This document shows positions 37,601-47,600 of a stretch of 64,000 bases of DNA, one piece after another (the stretch's first letter is position 1; each line of letters starts with the position of its first letter). A model generated the notes under the pieces. It did no database searches. It worked only from the letters and a program-made list of their open reading frames with translations, and was not told where the DNA came from. The DNA is taken from the NCBI GenBank assembly GCA_963169045.1, contig CAUJDF010000075.1, positions 98,434-162,433 of the forward strand, in the 5' to 3' direction. A program made the position numbers and the translations under genes. The DNA comes from Myxococcota bacterium. GTDB lineage: Bacteria; Myxococcota_A; Bradymonadia; UBA7976; UBA1532.

Positions 37601-40575
37601 GCATCTCGGCGGCCACGCTGCTCAACGTCGTCAACGAGCTGCCCACGGCGACGTTCGTGGCCGTACCGTTCGCCATCCGCCAGGTGCGCGTGGACGCCGG
37701 CGGCGTGACCGACGACACGACGACGACCGCAAACCTGCAGGTTCGTTGGGATTTCCAGAACGACGGCGTCTGGGACACGCCCTTCGCCGCCGAGAAGACC
37801 GCCACCTTCGAGTACCCGGCCGTCGGCGACTACACCATCAAGATGGAGGTCCGCGACAACATCGGCCAGACGGCGTCGACGACGCGCGAGGTGCGCTTCC
37901 GCGACCAGCAGGTGGTGTTCGGCGACATCGAGAGCCAGGTCTGGTTCGGCACGATCATCGTGACGGGTGACGTCCGCGTGTTGCCGAACAACACGCTGAC
38001 CATCGCCGCCGGCACCCGCGTCCTCGTGACCAACGTCGACCAGGACCGCAACAACATCGGCGACTACACTTTGCAGGTCGACGGCCGCATGGTGGTCGAG
38101 GGCGAGCCGACGAACCCGGTGGTGTTCACCGTCTTCGGTGACGCGCAGCGGGCGGGCGCCTGGGACCGCATCATCCTCGCCGGCGCCGGCAGCACCATCA
38201 CCCACGCGGTGGTCGAGTACGCCGACGTCGGCATCGAGGCCCGCGCCGCGGCGACGCTCTCCAACGTCACCGTCCAGAACACCCGCTGGGACGGCATCTG
38301 GATCAACCGCGGCAACAACACGGCGCTGACCGACGTCACGGCGCACCACACGCGCAGCGGCGTCTCCGTCACGAACGCGACGGGCGTCCAGATCACGCGC
38401 CTGACGAGCCGTGAGAACGGCCAGGTCGGCCTCTACGCCGCCGACTCGACCGCGACGGTGGCCGACTCGGTGTTCCAGCAGAACGCGAACGACGGCGTCT
38501 ACGCGGAGCGCAGCAGCCTGACGTTCACCAACCCGTCGATCACGCGGAACGGCGGCAACGGCGTGCAGCAGTTCGACGGCACGCTCAACCTTCGCGACGG
38601 CGCGGTCGGTCGCAACGGCGCCGTCGGCATCGCGGTCCGCGGCGCCGTCAACGGCACGATCCAGCGGAACAACATCACCGAGAACGCGTTCGAGGGCGTC
38701 TCCGTCACCTACCACCAGGGCCGCAACCCGACCGTCGCGGTGACGCGCAACAACATCCACTCGAACGCGACGACGCGCAGCCACGTCTACACGGTGATCA
38801 CGGCGGGGCTGCCGTCCGCGAGCGACAGCTCGCGCGACGGTGTGCGCGTCACGTCGCAAGTGTGGACGCCGCCCGCGGGACACACGCTGCTGTTCGTCGA
38901 GGCCGACTACTCCGGCAATCAGGACGACTTCGGCGAGCTGCAGGACGGCACCGGCCGCGTCATCGATACCTTCCGGCCCGGCGCGAGCGCGCGCGTCTAT
39001 GACCGCAGCAGCGCCGAGCAGCGCCTGCGCGTGAGCGCCTGGGACGACGACTGCTGCACGGCGTCGACGATCCGCGTCGCCCGGGTCGTGACGCGGAGCA
39101 ACGGGCAGCGCGGCCAGCTCGTCGTCGCCGCCACGGCGGGCGCGATCAACGCCCGCGAGAACTACCTCGGCGTGTACCCCGACGTGCTGAGCGCCGTCTC
39201 CATCTCCCCGGCCATGGCCGCCGACCTCCAGGGCTTCGTCGGCGTCCCCTTCGACAACACGTGGAACACCGGGCCCTACTACGGCGGCGCCCTCGCGGCC
39301 GACACGACGTGGTCGGGCACGATCTTCGTGAGCGGCGACGTCACGGTGCCGGCCGGCCGGACGCTGACGGTCGAGGCGGGGACGCAGGTGCTCGTCGCGC
39401 CGATCGACCAGGACGGCAACGGCATCGGCGACTACAAGGTCGAGAGCAGCGGCGCCCTGGTGATCGCCGGCGCCCAGGGCAACCCGGTGAACTTCCGGGC
39501 GGACGACGCCGCGGGCGCCGTCCGGGACTGGGAGGGCATCCGCGTCCTCGGCGGTGGCTCGTCCGCGCGCTTCGTCACCGTGGCCGACACCGACACCGGT
39601 CTGCACCTCGCCGGCGCCGGCGCCGTCGTCGAAGACGCGACCATTCGCCGCGCCCACGTGGGCGTGCGCGTCGCGGGCGGCAACCCCACGCTGCGCCGCC
39701 TCCTCGTGCGCGACAGCGCGAGCCACGGCGTGCACGCGCAGCAGGCGGTGACGATCGAGGTGGCGACGGCGCGCAACAACGCCGGCAACGGCTTCGTGCT
39801 CGAGGGCGGGGCGGGTCGCCTCTCCGACATCTACTCGATCGAGAACGCCGGCCACGGCATCGACGTGCGCAGCCAGGGCAACAACGTGACGTTCTTCGAG
39901 TCGAGCGGCAACGGCCAGCAGGGCGTCCACCTGTACGCCGCGGCGTCGGGGACGTTCTCGGACTGCCTCGTCACGCTGAACGGCGGTGCCGGCTTCTACT
40001 TCGGCTCGCAGTACGACAACCACCCGCAGGCGACGGTCACGCGCTGCAACATCCTGAGCAACGCCAGCGTGGAGGGCGGCGGCGTGACGACGGCGACGGA
40101 GGCCCTCAACGTCGTCTCCGCCACCGACAGTGCGCGCGACGGCGTCCGCGTCACGTCCGGCGACTACAACGCGCCGTTCCCCATCTACGAGGCGAGGGTC
40201 GCGACCAGCGGCAACCAGGACGACTTCAGCGAGCTGATCAACTCGGTCAACGGTCAGTCCTTCGGCGCGCTGTCGCCGGGCACGATCCGCTGGTACGACA
40301 TCGCCAGCCTCATGCGCCTCCGCGTGTCGGCCTGGGACGACGACTGCTGCACGGCGAGCTCGATCACCGTGACCAACGTGCGCATGTACCGAGCGGGCCA
40401 GCAGAACCTCGACCTGGTCTCGAACGCGTTCGCCGCGAACCGCATCAACGCCCAGAACAACTTCTGGGGCGTCTTCCCGAACGTGGCGGGGAAGATCCAC
40501 GAGGGTCTGGCCGGCTCGGTCGATTACCGCGGCTTCCAGCCGAACGCGTTCCAGAACGTGGGGCCGCGGCAGTGA
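34651..40575 (+). CDS. Giant (~1975 aa) surface lipoprotein: (GGAGGxGG)n linker, ~10 Big_2 Ig-like domains, 2 PKD domains, and two duplicated parallel beta-helix modules each ending in a DDCCTAS motif
   Basis: MSMRRVTSLTSLLCLLFMFGC lipobox; a ~150-aa GGAGG repeat block; Big_2-like repeats (...VTAIYEGLVSAPVRVDV...); PKD motifs (LWNFGDGSP...YTYDASG and WDFQNDGVWD); and two beta-helix modules each followed by VRVTS...SGNQDDF.ELx...LRVSAWDDDCCTAS. Confidence 0.9.
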   Translation: MSMRRVTSLTSLLCLLFMFGCTGEGGGGGDGGSGGAGAQGGEGGAGGSGGEGGAGGEGGVGGQGGAGGPGGAGGQGGAGGQGGAGGQGGAGGQGGAGGQGGAGGQGGAGGEGGAGGEGGAGGEGGAGGEGGAGGEGGAGGQGGAGGQGGAGGAGGQGGAGGAGGEGGAGGAGGAPEVVLQGLTVAPDALQLVAGQTAYLRVAGTFSDGDERDLTDTAVWRSANGAIVAVGALGDEGKQVVAIGAGQTAITARVGDVVSGPVVVTVAEVEPVRIVITPDEATVPAGDFFEFTATAEFNDGNTADVTELAEWRTSNGIVAEISNEPGERGRLSAHVAGATQVTAIYEGLVSAPVRVDVAEAVLMAIDVSPADPTVAVGQTVSFTATGTYSDGDEGDVTALVQWTSSDEAVATFDGAQGVARGVAAGRAQVVARIGDLASAPRTINVTAARVVALAARGESAEVPVGANTRFHVTATLSDGSEVDYSAQAEWRSSDAAIARIVAGGVATGVAPGDVQITAHAGNVASAALPLRVVPVALTALAVEPDSADLRVGEVTRLVARGTFNDGSRADVTARAQWRSANGLIASVGDAEPDKGAVRGVGAGQTRITASLDGQAAVATVNVRALAVARLEVAPAQAEVPLGGEQAFTATAVLEDASRRDATAEVSWHSSDEGVATVDNEGEGRGVATGRGRGQASITARLGAVVSPAATLTVTEPELTEVYVTPDETEVIVGETVQFEATAVYSDGTELDVTEQARWTIEPAELADISNAEGTRGAATGQRLGVADVFASFDGELSGAASLTVLPVPNRAPIVQLQCPESGREGDALDFGAVGTSDPDGSIARLLWNFGDGSPAIDIGDGRAVSYTYDASGPFTVEVTAIDDEGARTIARCNVTILSANAPTVRLVRPQGARDTTQGEVISALVDARPGPGRNIRRVALLLDGEEVAFDADLPYEMDFTVPADAATGATLRLVAQATDDRNESGISAATLLNVVNELPTATFVAVPFAIRQVRVDAGGVTDDTTTTANLQVRWDFQNDGVWDTPFAAEKTATFEYPAVGDYTIKMEVRDNIGQTASTTREVRFRDQQVVFGDIESQVWFGTIIVTGDVRVLPNNTLTIAAGTRVLVTNVDQDRNNIGDYTLQVDGRMVVEGEPTNPVVFTVFGDAQRAGAWDRIILAGAGSTITHAVVEYADVGIEARAAATLSNVTVQNTRWDGIWINRGNNTALTDVTAHHTRSGVSVTNATGVQITRLTSRENGQVGLYAADSTATVADSVFQQNANDGVYAERSSLTFTNPSITRNGGNGVQQFDGTLNLRDGAVGRNGAVGIAVRGAVNGTIQRNNITENAFEGVSVTYHQGRNPTVAVTRNNIHSNATTRSHVYTVITAGLPSASDSSRDGVRVTSQVWTPPAGHTLLFVEADYSGNQDDFGELQDGTGRVIDTFRPGASARVYDRSSAEQRLRVSAWDDDCCTASTIRVARVVTRSNGQRGQLVVAATAGAINARENYLGVYPDVLSAVSISPAMAADLQGFVGVPFDNTWNTGPYYGGALAADTTWSGTIFVSGDVTVPAGRTLTVEAGTQVLVAPIDQDGNGIGDYKVESSGALVIAGAQGNPVNFRADDAAGAVRDWEGIRVLGGGSSARFVTVADTDTGLHLAGAGAVVEDATIRRAHVGVRVAGGNPTLRRLLVRDSASHGVHAQQAVTIEVATARNNAGNGFVLEGGAGRLSDIYSIENAGHGIDVRSQGNNVTFFESSGNGQQGVHLYAAASGTFSDCLVTLNGGAGFYFGSQYDNHPQATVTRCNILSNASVEGGGVTTATEALNVVSATDSARDGVRVTSGDYNAPFPIYEARVATSGNQDDFSELINSVNGQSFGALSPGTIRWYDIASLMRLRVSAWDDDCCTASSITVTNVRMYRAGQQNLDLVSNAFAANRINAQNNFWGVFPNVAGKIHEGLAGSVDYRGFQPNAFQNVGPRQ

Positions 40576-41720
40576 GCCGCTCGGCGCTCGCGCTGGCGGC
40601 GCTGCTGCTGGCGGCGTGCGCCCAGGTGGACGGCGGCGGCGTCGCCGAGGACGACGCCGCCCCTGCCGCCGACGCCGCGCTCCCGTCCGACGGGGACACC
40701 GACGGCGCCTCGCCCGACCTCGGCTGGCTCGACGACGCCTTCCGGCCCCTTCCGCCCCCCCTCGACGGCGCCGTCCGCCCGCCCGATGCGGCCCTGCCGC
40801 CGCCCGACGCCTCCGAGTCCGAGCCCGACTCGAACCCGCCGCCGCCCCCGCCGCCTGACGCGGCGCCCCCGCCGCCTCCGGTCGTGCAGTGCGTCTTTCG
40901 CGCCGTCGACTTCGACGGACCGCAGCGCGAGTACGACGTGATGGGGCGGTCCGACGAGCGATTGCGCTTCACGATCAACGACCTGCCCGATCCGGCGAGC
41001 GTGCGCCGCGCGGTGCTGACGTTCGATACGTGGGACGCCGACCACCCCGGCGAGGAGGGCCGCCTCTGGCTCAACGGCCAGGGCCCGTGGGACATCCCCG
41101 CCCGCGCCGACGGCGACAACCAGCCCGGGACGGGCGAGGTGGACGTCACCGGCGCCACGATCGCCGGCAGCAACCGCGTCGAGTTCGGCAGCAGCCTCAC
41201 CGAGGCGCGCACCTTCTACCGCATCGGCCGCGTCGCCCTGCGGCTCGACGTCCAGGCCGCCGCCTGCCCCGACGGCCCGCCGCCGCCCCCGCCGGACGCG
41301 GTCGTGCGCTCGCTCCACTACCGCCGCGCCGAGTACACGCAGCGCCGCAACTGGGTCGTGCGTTGCAACGACTATGCGTACACCGGACGCGGCGAGGAGC
41401 ACCTCGAGGAGGACTGCGACGGCCTCTTCCGCCCCGACGGCTCCCGCCGCGGCACCGCCATCTTCCGCTTCCCGGCGGTGGTCGAGGCCGAGTACGAGGT
41501 GCGCATCCGCTCGCGGCACACCGTGAACCGCAATCCGCGCGGCGCGCTGTTCGTCGTGAACGGGGTCGAGGGCCGCGTCGCCCAGAACGACGACCGCGAC
41601 CGGGTCGAGGACGTCTGGGGCCGCATCCGGCTCGGCGGCGACGTCACCGTCGTCCTCGACAGCAGCCGGGACGACGGCAGCGACAGCGTCATCGAGGTGC
41701 GGCTCGTCCCCGTCCGCTGA
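40572..41720 (+). CDS. Hypothetical Pro-rich lipoprotein translationally coupled to the giant adhesin-like gene
   Basis: GTG at 40572 overlaps the TGA of the upstream gene (GTGA). VSRSALALAALLLAAC lipobox, Pro-rich linkers, and a Cys-containing C-terminal domain. Confidence 0.7.
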   Translation: MSRSALALAALLLAACAQVDGGGVAEDDAAPAADAALPSDGDTDGASPDLGWLDDAFRPLPPPLDGAVRPPDAALPPPDASESEPDSNPPPPPPPDAAPPPPPVVQCVFRAVDFDGPQREYDVMGRSDERLRFTINDLPDPASVRRAVLTFDTWDADHPGEEGRLWLNGQGPWDIPARADGDNQPGTGEVDVTGATIAGSNRVEFGSSLTEARTFYRIGRVALRLDVQAAACPDGPPPPPPDAVVRSLHYRRAEYTQRRNWVVRCNDYAYTGRGEEHLEEDCDGLFRPDGSRRGTAIFRFPAVVEAEYEVRIRSRHTVNRNPRGALFVVNGVEGRVAQNDDRDRVEDVWGRIRLGGDVTVVLDSSRDDGSDSVIEVRLVPVR

Positions 41721-41731
41721 CCCTCCGAGGC

Positions 41732-42619
41732 TTACTCCCACACGTGCAGGGCGCCGGGGGCGCGGCGCGGGGCGGCCAGCGCCCGGAGCCGGCGGATGCG
41801 CTCCGCCGTGCGCGGGTGCGTCGAGAACAGCGACACGACGCCGTCGACGCCGGCGAACGGGCTCACGATGAACAGGCTGGCCGTCGCCGGCGACGCGTGG
41901 TGCGGGACGACCGCCTGGGCGCCGCGCTCGAGCGTCGCCAGCGCGCTCGCGAGCGCCTCGGGATCGCCGGTCAGCTTCGCGCCCGTCTCGTCGGCCAGGT
42001 ACTCGCGGGACCGCGAGATGCCGAGCTGGATCAGCGTCGCCGCGATCGGCGCCACGATGGCCAGCGCCAGCGTGGCGAGCGGCGAGGGGCCCTCCTCCTC
42101 GTCGTTCGCGGCGCCGAACAACCCGCCCGTCCACGCGGCGATGTTCGCGATCCACGAGACCGCCGCCGCCACCGTCGCCGCGATCGACGACACGAGGATG
42201 TCGCGGTTCTTGACGTGCGCGATCTCGTGCGCCAACACGCCGCGCAGCTCCCGCGGGCTCAGCAGGTGCAGGATGCCCTCGGTCACCGCGACGACGCCGT
42301 GGGCCGGGTTGCGGCCGGTGGCGAACGCGTTCGGCTGCGGATCGGGGATCACGTACAGCCGCGGCTTCGGGATGCCGGCGCGCGCCGCGAGGACCGCCAC
42401 CTCCTTCTCGAGATCCGGCAGCTCGCCGGGCTCGACCGCGCGAGCGCCGTGGATGCGCAGCACGAGGCGGTCCGAGAAGAAGTACGCGCCGACGTTCATC
42501 AGCACCGCCAGGGCGCCGAACGCGTACACGTAGCCGGGACCGAGCAGGCTGCCGAGCCCGATGAGCACGGCGGACAGCGCGCCGAGCAGCGCGATCGTCT
42601 TGAGCTGGTTCTTCCACAT
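41732..42619 (-). CDS. htpX: Zinc metalloprotease HtpX (M48 family)
   Basis: ATG at 42619 with a GGAGGTGA RBS. It reads MWKNQLKTIALLGALSAV...GVLAHEIAHVKNRD (HEIAH zinc motif) and has four TM segments over ~295 aa. Confidence 0.85.
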   Translation of the reverse strand: MWKNQLKTIALLGALSAVLIGLGSLLGPGYVYAFGALAVLMNVGAYFFSDRLVLRIHGARAVEPGELPDLEKEVAVLAARAGIPKPRLYVIPDPQPNAFATGRNPAHGVVAVTEGILHLLSPRELRGVLAHEIAHVKNRDILVSSIAATVAAAVSWIANIAAWTGGLFGAANDEEEGPSPLATLALAIVAPIAATLIQLGISRSREYLADETGAKLTGDPEALASALATLERGAQAVVPHHASPATASLFIVSPFAGVDGVVSLFSTHPRTAERIRRLRALAAPRRAPGALHVWE

Positions 42620-42654
42620 CGTCGTCACCTCCATGGCCCACACAGATAGGGCCG

Positions 42655-42715
42655 CGATGACGTGTCGACAATGAAGATAGTTCGGACGTAATCTGTCGAA
42701 ATAGTCGACGGAATG
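42655..42715. promoter_or_regulatory. AT-enriched divergent htpX/lysR intergenic region with palindromes TGTCGACA and GTCGAC. Candidate operator and promoters
   Basis: This is the only conspicuously lower-GC intergenic stretch in the window. It reads gtgtcgacaatgaagatagttcggacgtaatctgtcgaaatagtcgac and holds interrupted dyad elements, as expected for a LysR autoregulatory site. Confidence 0.4.
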
Positions 42716-42723
42716 GGCGCGCG

Positions 42724-43623
42724 ATGGAGTGGCTCAACTACCACCACCTGCTCTACTTCCGGACGGTGGTGCGCGAGGGCGGCGTCGCGGCCGCCGCGCG
42801 CAAGCTGCGCCTCGCGCACCCCACCGTCAGCGGACAGATCCACGCGCTCGAAGATGCGCTCGGCGTGAAGCTCTTCGCGCGCAGCGGCCGACGCCTCGTC
42901 CTCACCGACGACGGCCGCCTCGTCTACCGCTACGCCGAGGAGATCTTCTCGCTCGGCGGCGAGCTGCTCGACGCCATCCGTGGTCGTCCCACGGGGCGGC
43001 CGTTGCGCCTCGACGTCGGGATCGCCGACGTCTTGCCGAAGCTGGTGGTGCACGAGCTGCTGCAACCCGTGCGGCACCTCGAACAGCCCGTGCGCCTCGT
43101 GTGCCGCGAGGACAAGCCGGACCGCCTGCTGGCGGCCCTATCGCTCCACGAGCTCGACGTCATCCTCGCCGACACGCCCGTCCCGCCGGGCAGCACCGTG
43201 CGCGTCTACTCCCACGTCCTCGGCGCGTGCGGCGTCACCTTCCTCGCCACGCCGGCCCTCGCCGCCGCCCGCGGCCCCGACTTCCCCGCCTGCCTCGACG
43301 GAGCGCCCGTGCTGCTGCCCACCGACAACACGCACCTTCGGCGCGCCCTCGAGCCGTGGTTCCAGCGCGTCGGCGTGCACCCGCAGGTCGTCGCCGAGTT
43401 CGAGGACGCCGCCCTCATGAAGGTCTTCGGCGCCGACGGCATGGGGGTCTTCCCCGTGGCGACGATCATCGCCGACGTGGTGATGCGGCAGGATGGCCTC
43501 GTCGAGGTCGGCCGCCCCGAGGGGGTGGTGGAGCGCTTCTACGCGCTGACGGCGGAGCGCCGCCTGAAGCATCCGGCGGTGGTGGCGATCTGCGAGAGCG
43601 CCCGGCAGGAGCTCTTCGCCTGA
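42724..43623 (+). CDS. LysR-family transcriptional regulator (NhaR-like N-terminus)
   Basis: MEWLNYHHLLYFRTVVREGGVAAAARKLRLAHPTVSGQIHALE, an NhaR-type HTH, followed by a LysR substrate-binding domain. Confidence 0.85.
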   Translation: MEWLNYHHLLYFRTVVREGGVAAAARKLRLAHPTVSGQIHALEDALGVKLFARSGRRLVLTDDGRLVYRYAEEIFSLGGELLDAIRGRPTGRPLRLDVGIADVLPKLVVHELLQPVRHLEQPVRLVCREDKPDRLLAALSLHELDVILADTPVPPGSTVRVYSHVLGACGVTFLATPALAAARGPDFPACLDGAPVLLPTDNTHLRRALEPWFQRVGVHPQVVAEFEDAALMKVFGADGMGVFPVATIIADVVMRQDGLVEVGRPEGVVERFYALTAERRLKHPAVVAICESARQELFA

Positions 43624-43631
43624 AGACGAAG

Positions 43632-43663
43632 GACCCGGGCCGACCGCGTGGGTCGCCCGGGTC
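43632..43663. terminator. Bidirectional GC hairpin terminator candidate between two convergent genes
   Basis: gacccgggccgacc-gcgtg-ggtcgcccgggtc, a 13-bp stem with a 5-nt loop and no U-tract. Confidence 0.45.
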
Positions 43664-43675
43664 TCGGCGGCGGGA

Positions 43676-44512
43676 TTACTTGACGTTGACCGTCGCGGTG
43701 ACCGACTTGCCGCTCGGCTCCGAGGCGGTGATCGTCGCGCTGCCCGCGCCGACGGCGGTGATGGTGCCGTCGGGGCCGACGGTGGCGATCTTGTCGTCGC
43801 TGGTGGCGAACGTCACCACGAGGTCCGCGATCGCGGTGCCGGCGGCGTCGACCGGGGTGACCTCGAACTTCGCCGTCGCGGCGGGGGCGAGGTCGAAGGT
43901 CGTCGTGGCGGCGTTGAGCGCGCTCGGGCCGGCCGGGGAGACCTTCACGGTCGCGGTGCCGGTCAGGCTGCGGCTGGTGGCGGTGATCTTGGCCTCGCCG
44001 GCGGCGACGGCGGTCACGTTGCCGTTGGCGTCGACCTTGGCGACGTTCTCGTCGCTCGAGGACCAGGTGATGGCGGCGTCACCGATGGCGGCGCCCGCCT
44101 CGTCGGCCACCTCGCCCTTGAGGGCGCCGAGATCGCCGACCTTGGCGTCCCAGCTCTCGGGGGTGACCTTGAGGGTCTGATAGATCTTGATGGTGACCGG
44201 GATCTGCTTCTTCACCTCGCCGACCGACGCCGTGATGGTCGTCTTGCCGGACTTCTTGGCGAGGACCTCGCCGCTGGCCGAGACCGTCGCGATGTCCGCC
44301 TTGTCGGACGCGAAGGCGACCTTGGCATCGGCGATGGGCTTGCCTTCCGCGTCGACGACCTTGGTCTTGAGGGTGACCTTCTCGTCGGCCGAGAAGAGGT
44401 TGACCGCCGCCGGATCGGACTGGATGTCGTGGGGCTTCTGACCGCAGGCCGAGAGGGAGAGAGCCGCGAGGAGGCTCACGCACGCTACCTGAACCGAACG
44501 AACGCCGCGCAT
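43676..44512 (-). CDS. Lipoprotein with tandem Big_2 (bacterial Ig-like) domains
   Basis: ATG at 44512 with an AGGAG RBS. MRGVRSVQVACVSLLAALSLSAC lipobox. The repeats read ...ATVSASGEVLAKKSGKTTITASVG... and ...KITATSRSLTGTATVKV.... Confidence 0.8.
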   Translation of the reverse strand: MRGVRSVQVACVSLLAALSLSACGQKPHDIQSDPAAVNLFSADEKVTLKTKVVDAEGKPIADAKVAFASDKADIATVSASGEVLAKKSGKTTITASVGEVKKQIPVTIKIYQTLKVTPESWDAKVGDLGALKGEVADEAGAAIGDAAITWSSSDENVAKVDANGNVTAVAAGEAKITATSRSLTGTATVKVSPAGPSALNAATTTFDLAPAATAKFEVTPVDAAGTAIADLVVTFATSDDKIATVGPDGTITAVGAGSATITASEPSGKSVTATVNVK

Positions 44513-44653
44513 CTGACAACGCTCCTGGTGAAATGGCCGGATGGGTCTCCCCCGGCCCTGAAAGCGCGCGGAGAAATGCGCCGACTCCTGTGCGCCGTCA
44601 AGATCAATTCCGTCGATCGACGGAATTCCGAACATGCTGTGACTACGAAGGAT

Positions 44654-47600
44654 TCAGCCGGCGAGGGCCCGCACGACGTGGAACCAGACGGGGTCGTGAC
44701 CGGGGGCCTGGAGGCGTCCGAAGGCGGCTGTCTCCATCTCTTCGCCACCCACGTCGCTCCAGATGGCCTGGCATCGCTGGCGGGCGGACTCCTCCTGCCA
44801 TCCGCCGCCGACGAGCACCGTCGCGATGCCGTCGCGCCGCGCGCGCGAATCGCCGAGCTCGGGGCGACGGAAGTACTCGGACTGCTCGAGCACGAGGTGC
44901 GCCGCCTTCTGGACGCCGCCGGCGAGGCTCCGGCCCCCGTGGACCTCGCGGAACGGCACGCCCGGGCCGATGCAGACGGCGGCGCGCACGGCGATGCCCG
45001 CGTCCAGCGCGGCGCGGTAGACATCGCGGGCGAAGCGCGCGACGTTCGTCCAGTTCACGGGGGTCACGTCGTTGCGCACCACGACCGACAGGCTGTCGGC
45101 GACGCGGCCGTGGTCGACCGAGGCGCCGGCGAGCCACCCCTCCGCGGCGGCGATCGCGGCGGAGAGCGTGCCGAAGATGCGCCCGAGGTCCTCGCCCTGG
45201 ACCGCGAGCGCGCCGATCACGTTGAGCTCGACGTAGCCGAAGACCTCGGTCTCGGCGCCCCCGGGCAGCGCCGGCGGGAAGAGCGACTGGAGCGCGTCCC
45301 GCAGCCGCCATGGCCCCGGCTCGGCGCGCAGCACCAGCTCGTGGAGCAGCTGGACGGCGCCGGCGGGCGGCATCTGCCGCGGGCGCGCCAGCAGCGCCTC
45401 GACGACCACCGTCGCCACGCGGAACACCTGCCGCATCGCAGAGGCGGTGCAGCCCTCGCGGGCCAGGGCCGCCACGAGCGCGTCGACGTCGACCGGCATG
45501 GGCCCGCCGAGCTCGTCCGGCGCGCCGAGCGCGTCTGCGGTGAAGCGACGCGGCGAGGCGCCGCCGTCGCCATCCGTCGGCGCGTCGGAGGCGAGGGCTT
45601 CGCGCAGGTGCCGCAGGTCGCCGGGCTCGCCGAGCGGGCGGTACCAGGGCGGGACGAGGCCCGGGCACACGTCCTCGGGGAGGACGGCGACGGCGAGCGG
45701 GTAGGGGCCTTCGTCGGGGCCGCCGGTGAGGGCGACGATGCGGCCCGTGAGCTGCGTCCGCGACTCGACGTGCTCGGGGTGGAGCAGGCACAGCGCGCGC
45801 ACCGGTTCGACCTCGCGCGCCCCGTCGACCCACAGCGGCGGCAGGACGCCGGTCACGGTGGCGACCGCGGGTCGCAGCACGCTCCACAGGCTCGTCTCGA
45901 CCCACTTCACTGCCTGCGCGGGCCCGCCGCCGGCGGCGAGCAGGCGCTCGACCTGCCGGTCGATGCGACGGAGCGCGCGCCGGCCGTCGTGGTCCGCCTC
46001 CGCGCGGGTCAGGCCGTGCTCGTCGGGCGACTGCAGGCGGCCGCGGGCGACGCGCAGGGCCGCGAGCAGGTCGCGCCGCGCGTCGGGCGGCAGGCGCGCC
46101 GGCGTCGGCAGGCGTTCGGCGACGTCGAGGGCGGCCTCGAGCACGTGGGTGCGGCAGATCATGTCGGAGCTGCCGGCGATGGCCCGCCGGAGCGACGCGT
46201 CCGTCGTCGCGAGCGCGTCGGGCGGCAGGCCGGCCTCGATCCACCGCGACGCGCTCGGGCGCCACGCGTCGACGTACGCCGCCGGCAGCGGCAGGACCAT
46301 CGTGCGCAGGTCGAGCTCCGTGCGCGCCTCGACCACGCCGGCGTGGCGCCCCGCCTCGGGAATGCCCGGCAACACCTCGGCGAGCGCCGCCCGGTAGCGG
46401 GTCGCCTGCCGCCCCACCCAGCGCGTGCGCGCCTCGAAGTCGTCGGCGGCGTCGGCGCGCAGCCGGTGCCGCTGCGGGGGCGCGAACGGGGGCGCCAGCG
46501 GTGCCTCGCCGGGGCGCACCGGGCACGCCTCGAGCAGCGTCGCGACCACGTGGGACAGCGGCCCGCCCACCGACGTCGTCAGGCAGTGGACGGGCTCGGC
46601 GACGCGCGTCCAGTCGATGTGCTGCGACGGAGACTCGGTGCGCACGTACGGCGTCTGCCGCAGCAGGACGTGCGTCGCCTTCGCGATCTGCACCAGGCCC
46701 GACGCCGCCAGCGCGTGCCCGAACGCGGTCAGGCCGCCGTACGGGTTCGGCCAATAGGAGCGCGCGCGCCGCCACGCGTCGTGGGGCGTGCAGCCGAGCG
46801 ACAGCAGGAACGCCATCTCGATCGACGGGAAGGCGTCGTGCAGCACGAGGAACGCCGAGGTGCGGAGAAAGTCATCGTTCGTGCCCGTGCTGCGCCGCAC
46901 TTCGACGAGCGCCTGGCGCACGGACTTGAAGTAGGCGAAGGGCTCGGCGCGCATCGTCACACGCGGATCGGCGTCGCCCTCGCCCACGCCCAGCACGCGC
47001 ACGATGCGGCGCTGCTGCCGGTCGGCGAGCCAGTCGCGCACGAGCGCCTCGTCGGTCGTCAGCAGCACCGCGCAGGCGCCGTTGCTGGCCTGGGCGGTAT
47101 GCCATCCGCGCAGCCAGCGTCCCATCGGCCGGGAGCGCTCGTACTCGTCGAGCTGTCGCTGGACCGACTCCGGCCTTCCGGGATCGACGTACCGCTGCGC
47201 CGCCCGGTACTCGTTGGCGAGCCCGAGCTTGTACATCACGACCTCGCGCAGCCAGGCTTCGACGTCCGGCGCCCGCGAGGCCGGCCGCGCGCGCCCCGCC
47301 ACGCGCACGCCCTCGGACCACGCCTGACCCAGCCCCTCCTGCCGCAGCCAGTGGCCGTACAGGTCCACGAGCATGTCGCCGACGCCGATCATCGTCAGGC
47401 CGAGCGTCCGCTCCGCCTCTTCGAGGACCTGGGCGACCGTGTCGATGGCGCGCCGCCCGCCCGGCAGCACCTGCCCGGCCACGACGAGCGCCGTCGCCGG
47501 CGCGTCGAGCCCGCGCAGCTGGCGGACGGCCGAGGCGAAGAGCGCCGCGCCGGCGTCGGACGAGCCGATCTCGAGGCGCGCCTGGCACCGGTCGCTCAGG

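Noticed and set aside
33685-40500. 2271-aa - strand ORF opposite the giant adhesin gene
   Set aside because: Only its last 239 codons (33685..34404, a lipoprotein with its own RBS) are supported. The rest is antisense to the Big_2/PKD/beta-helix gene.
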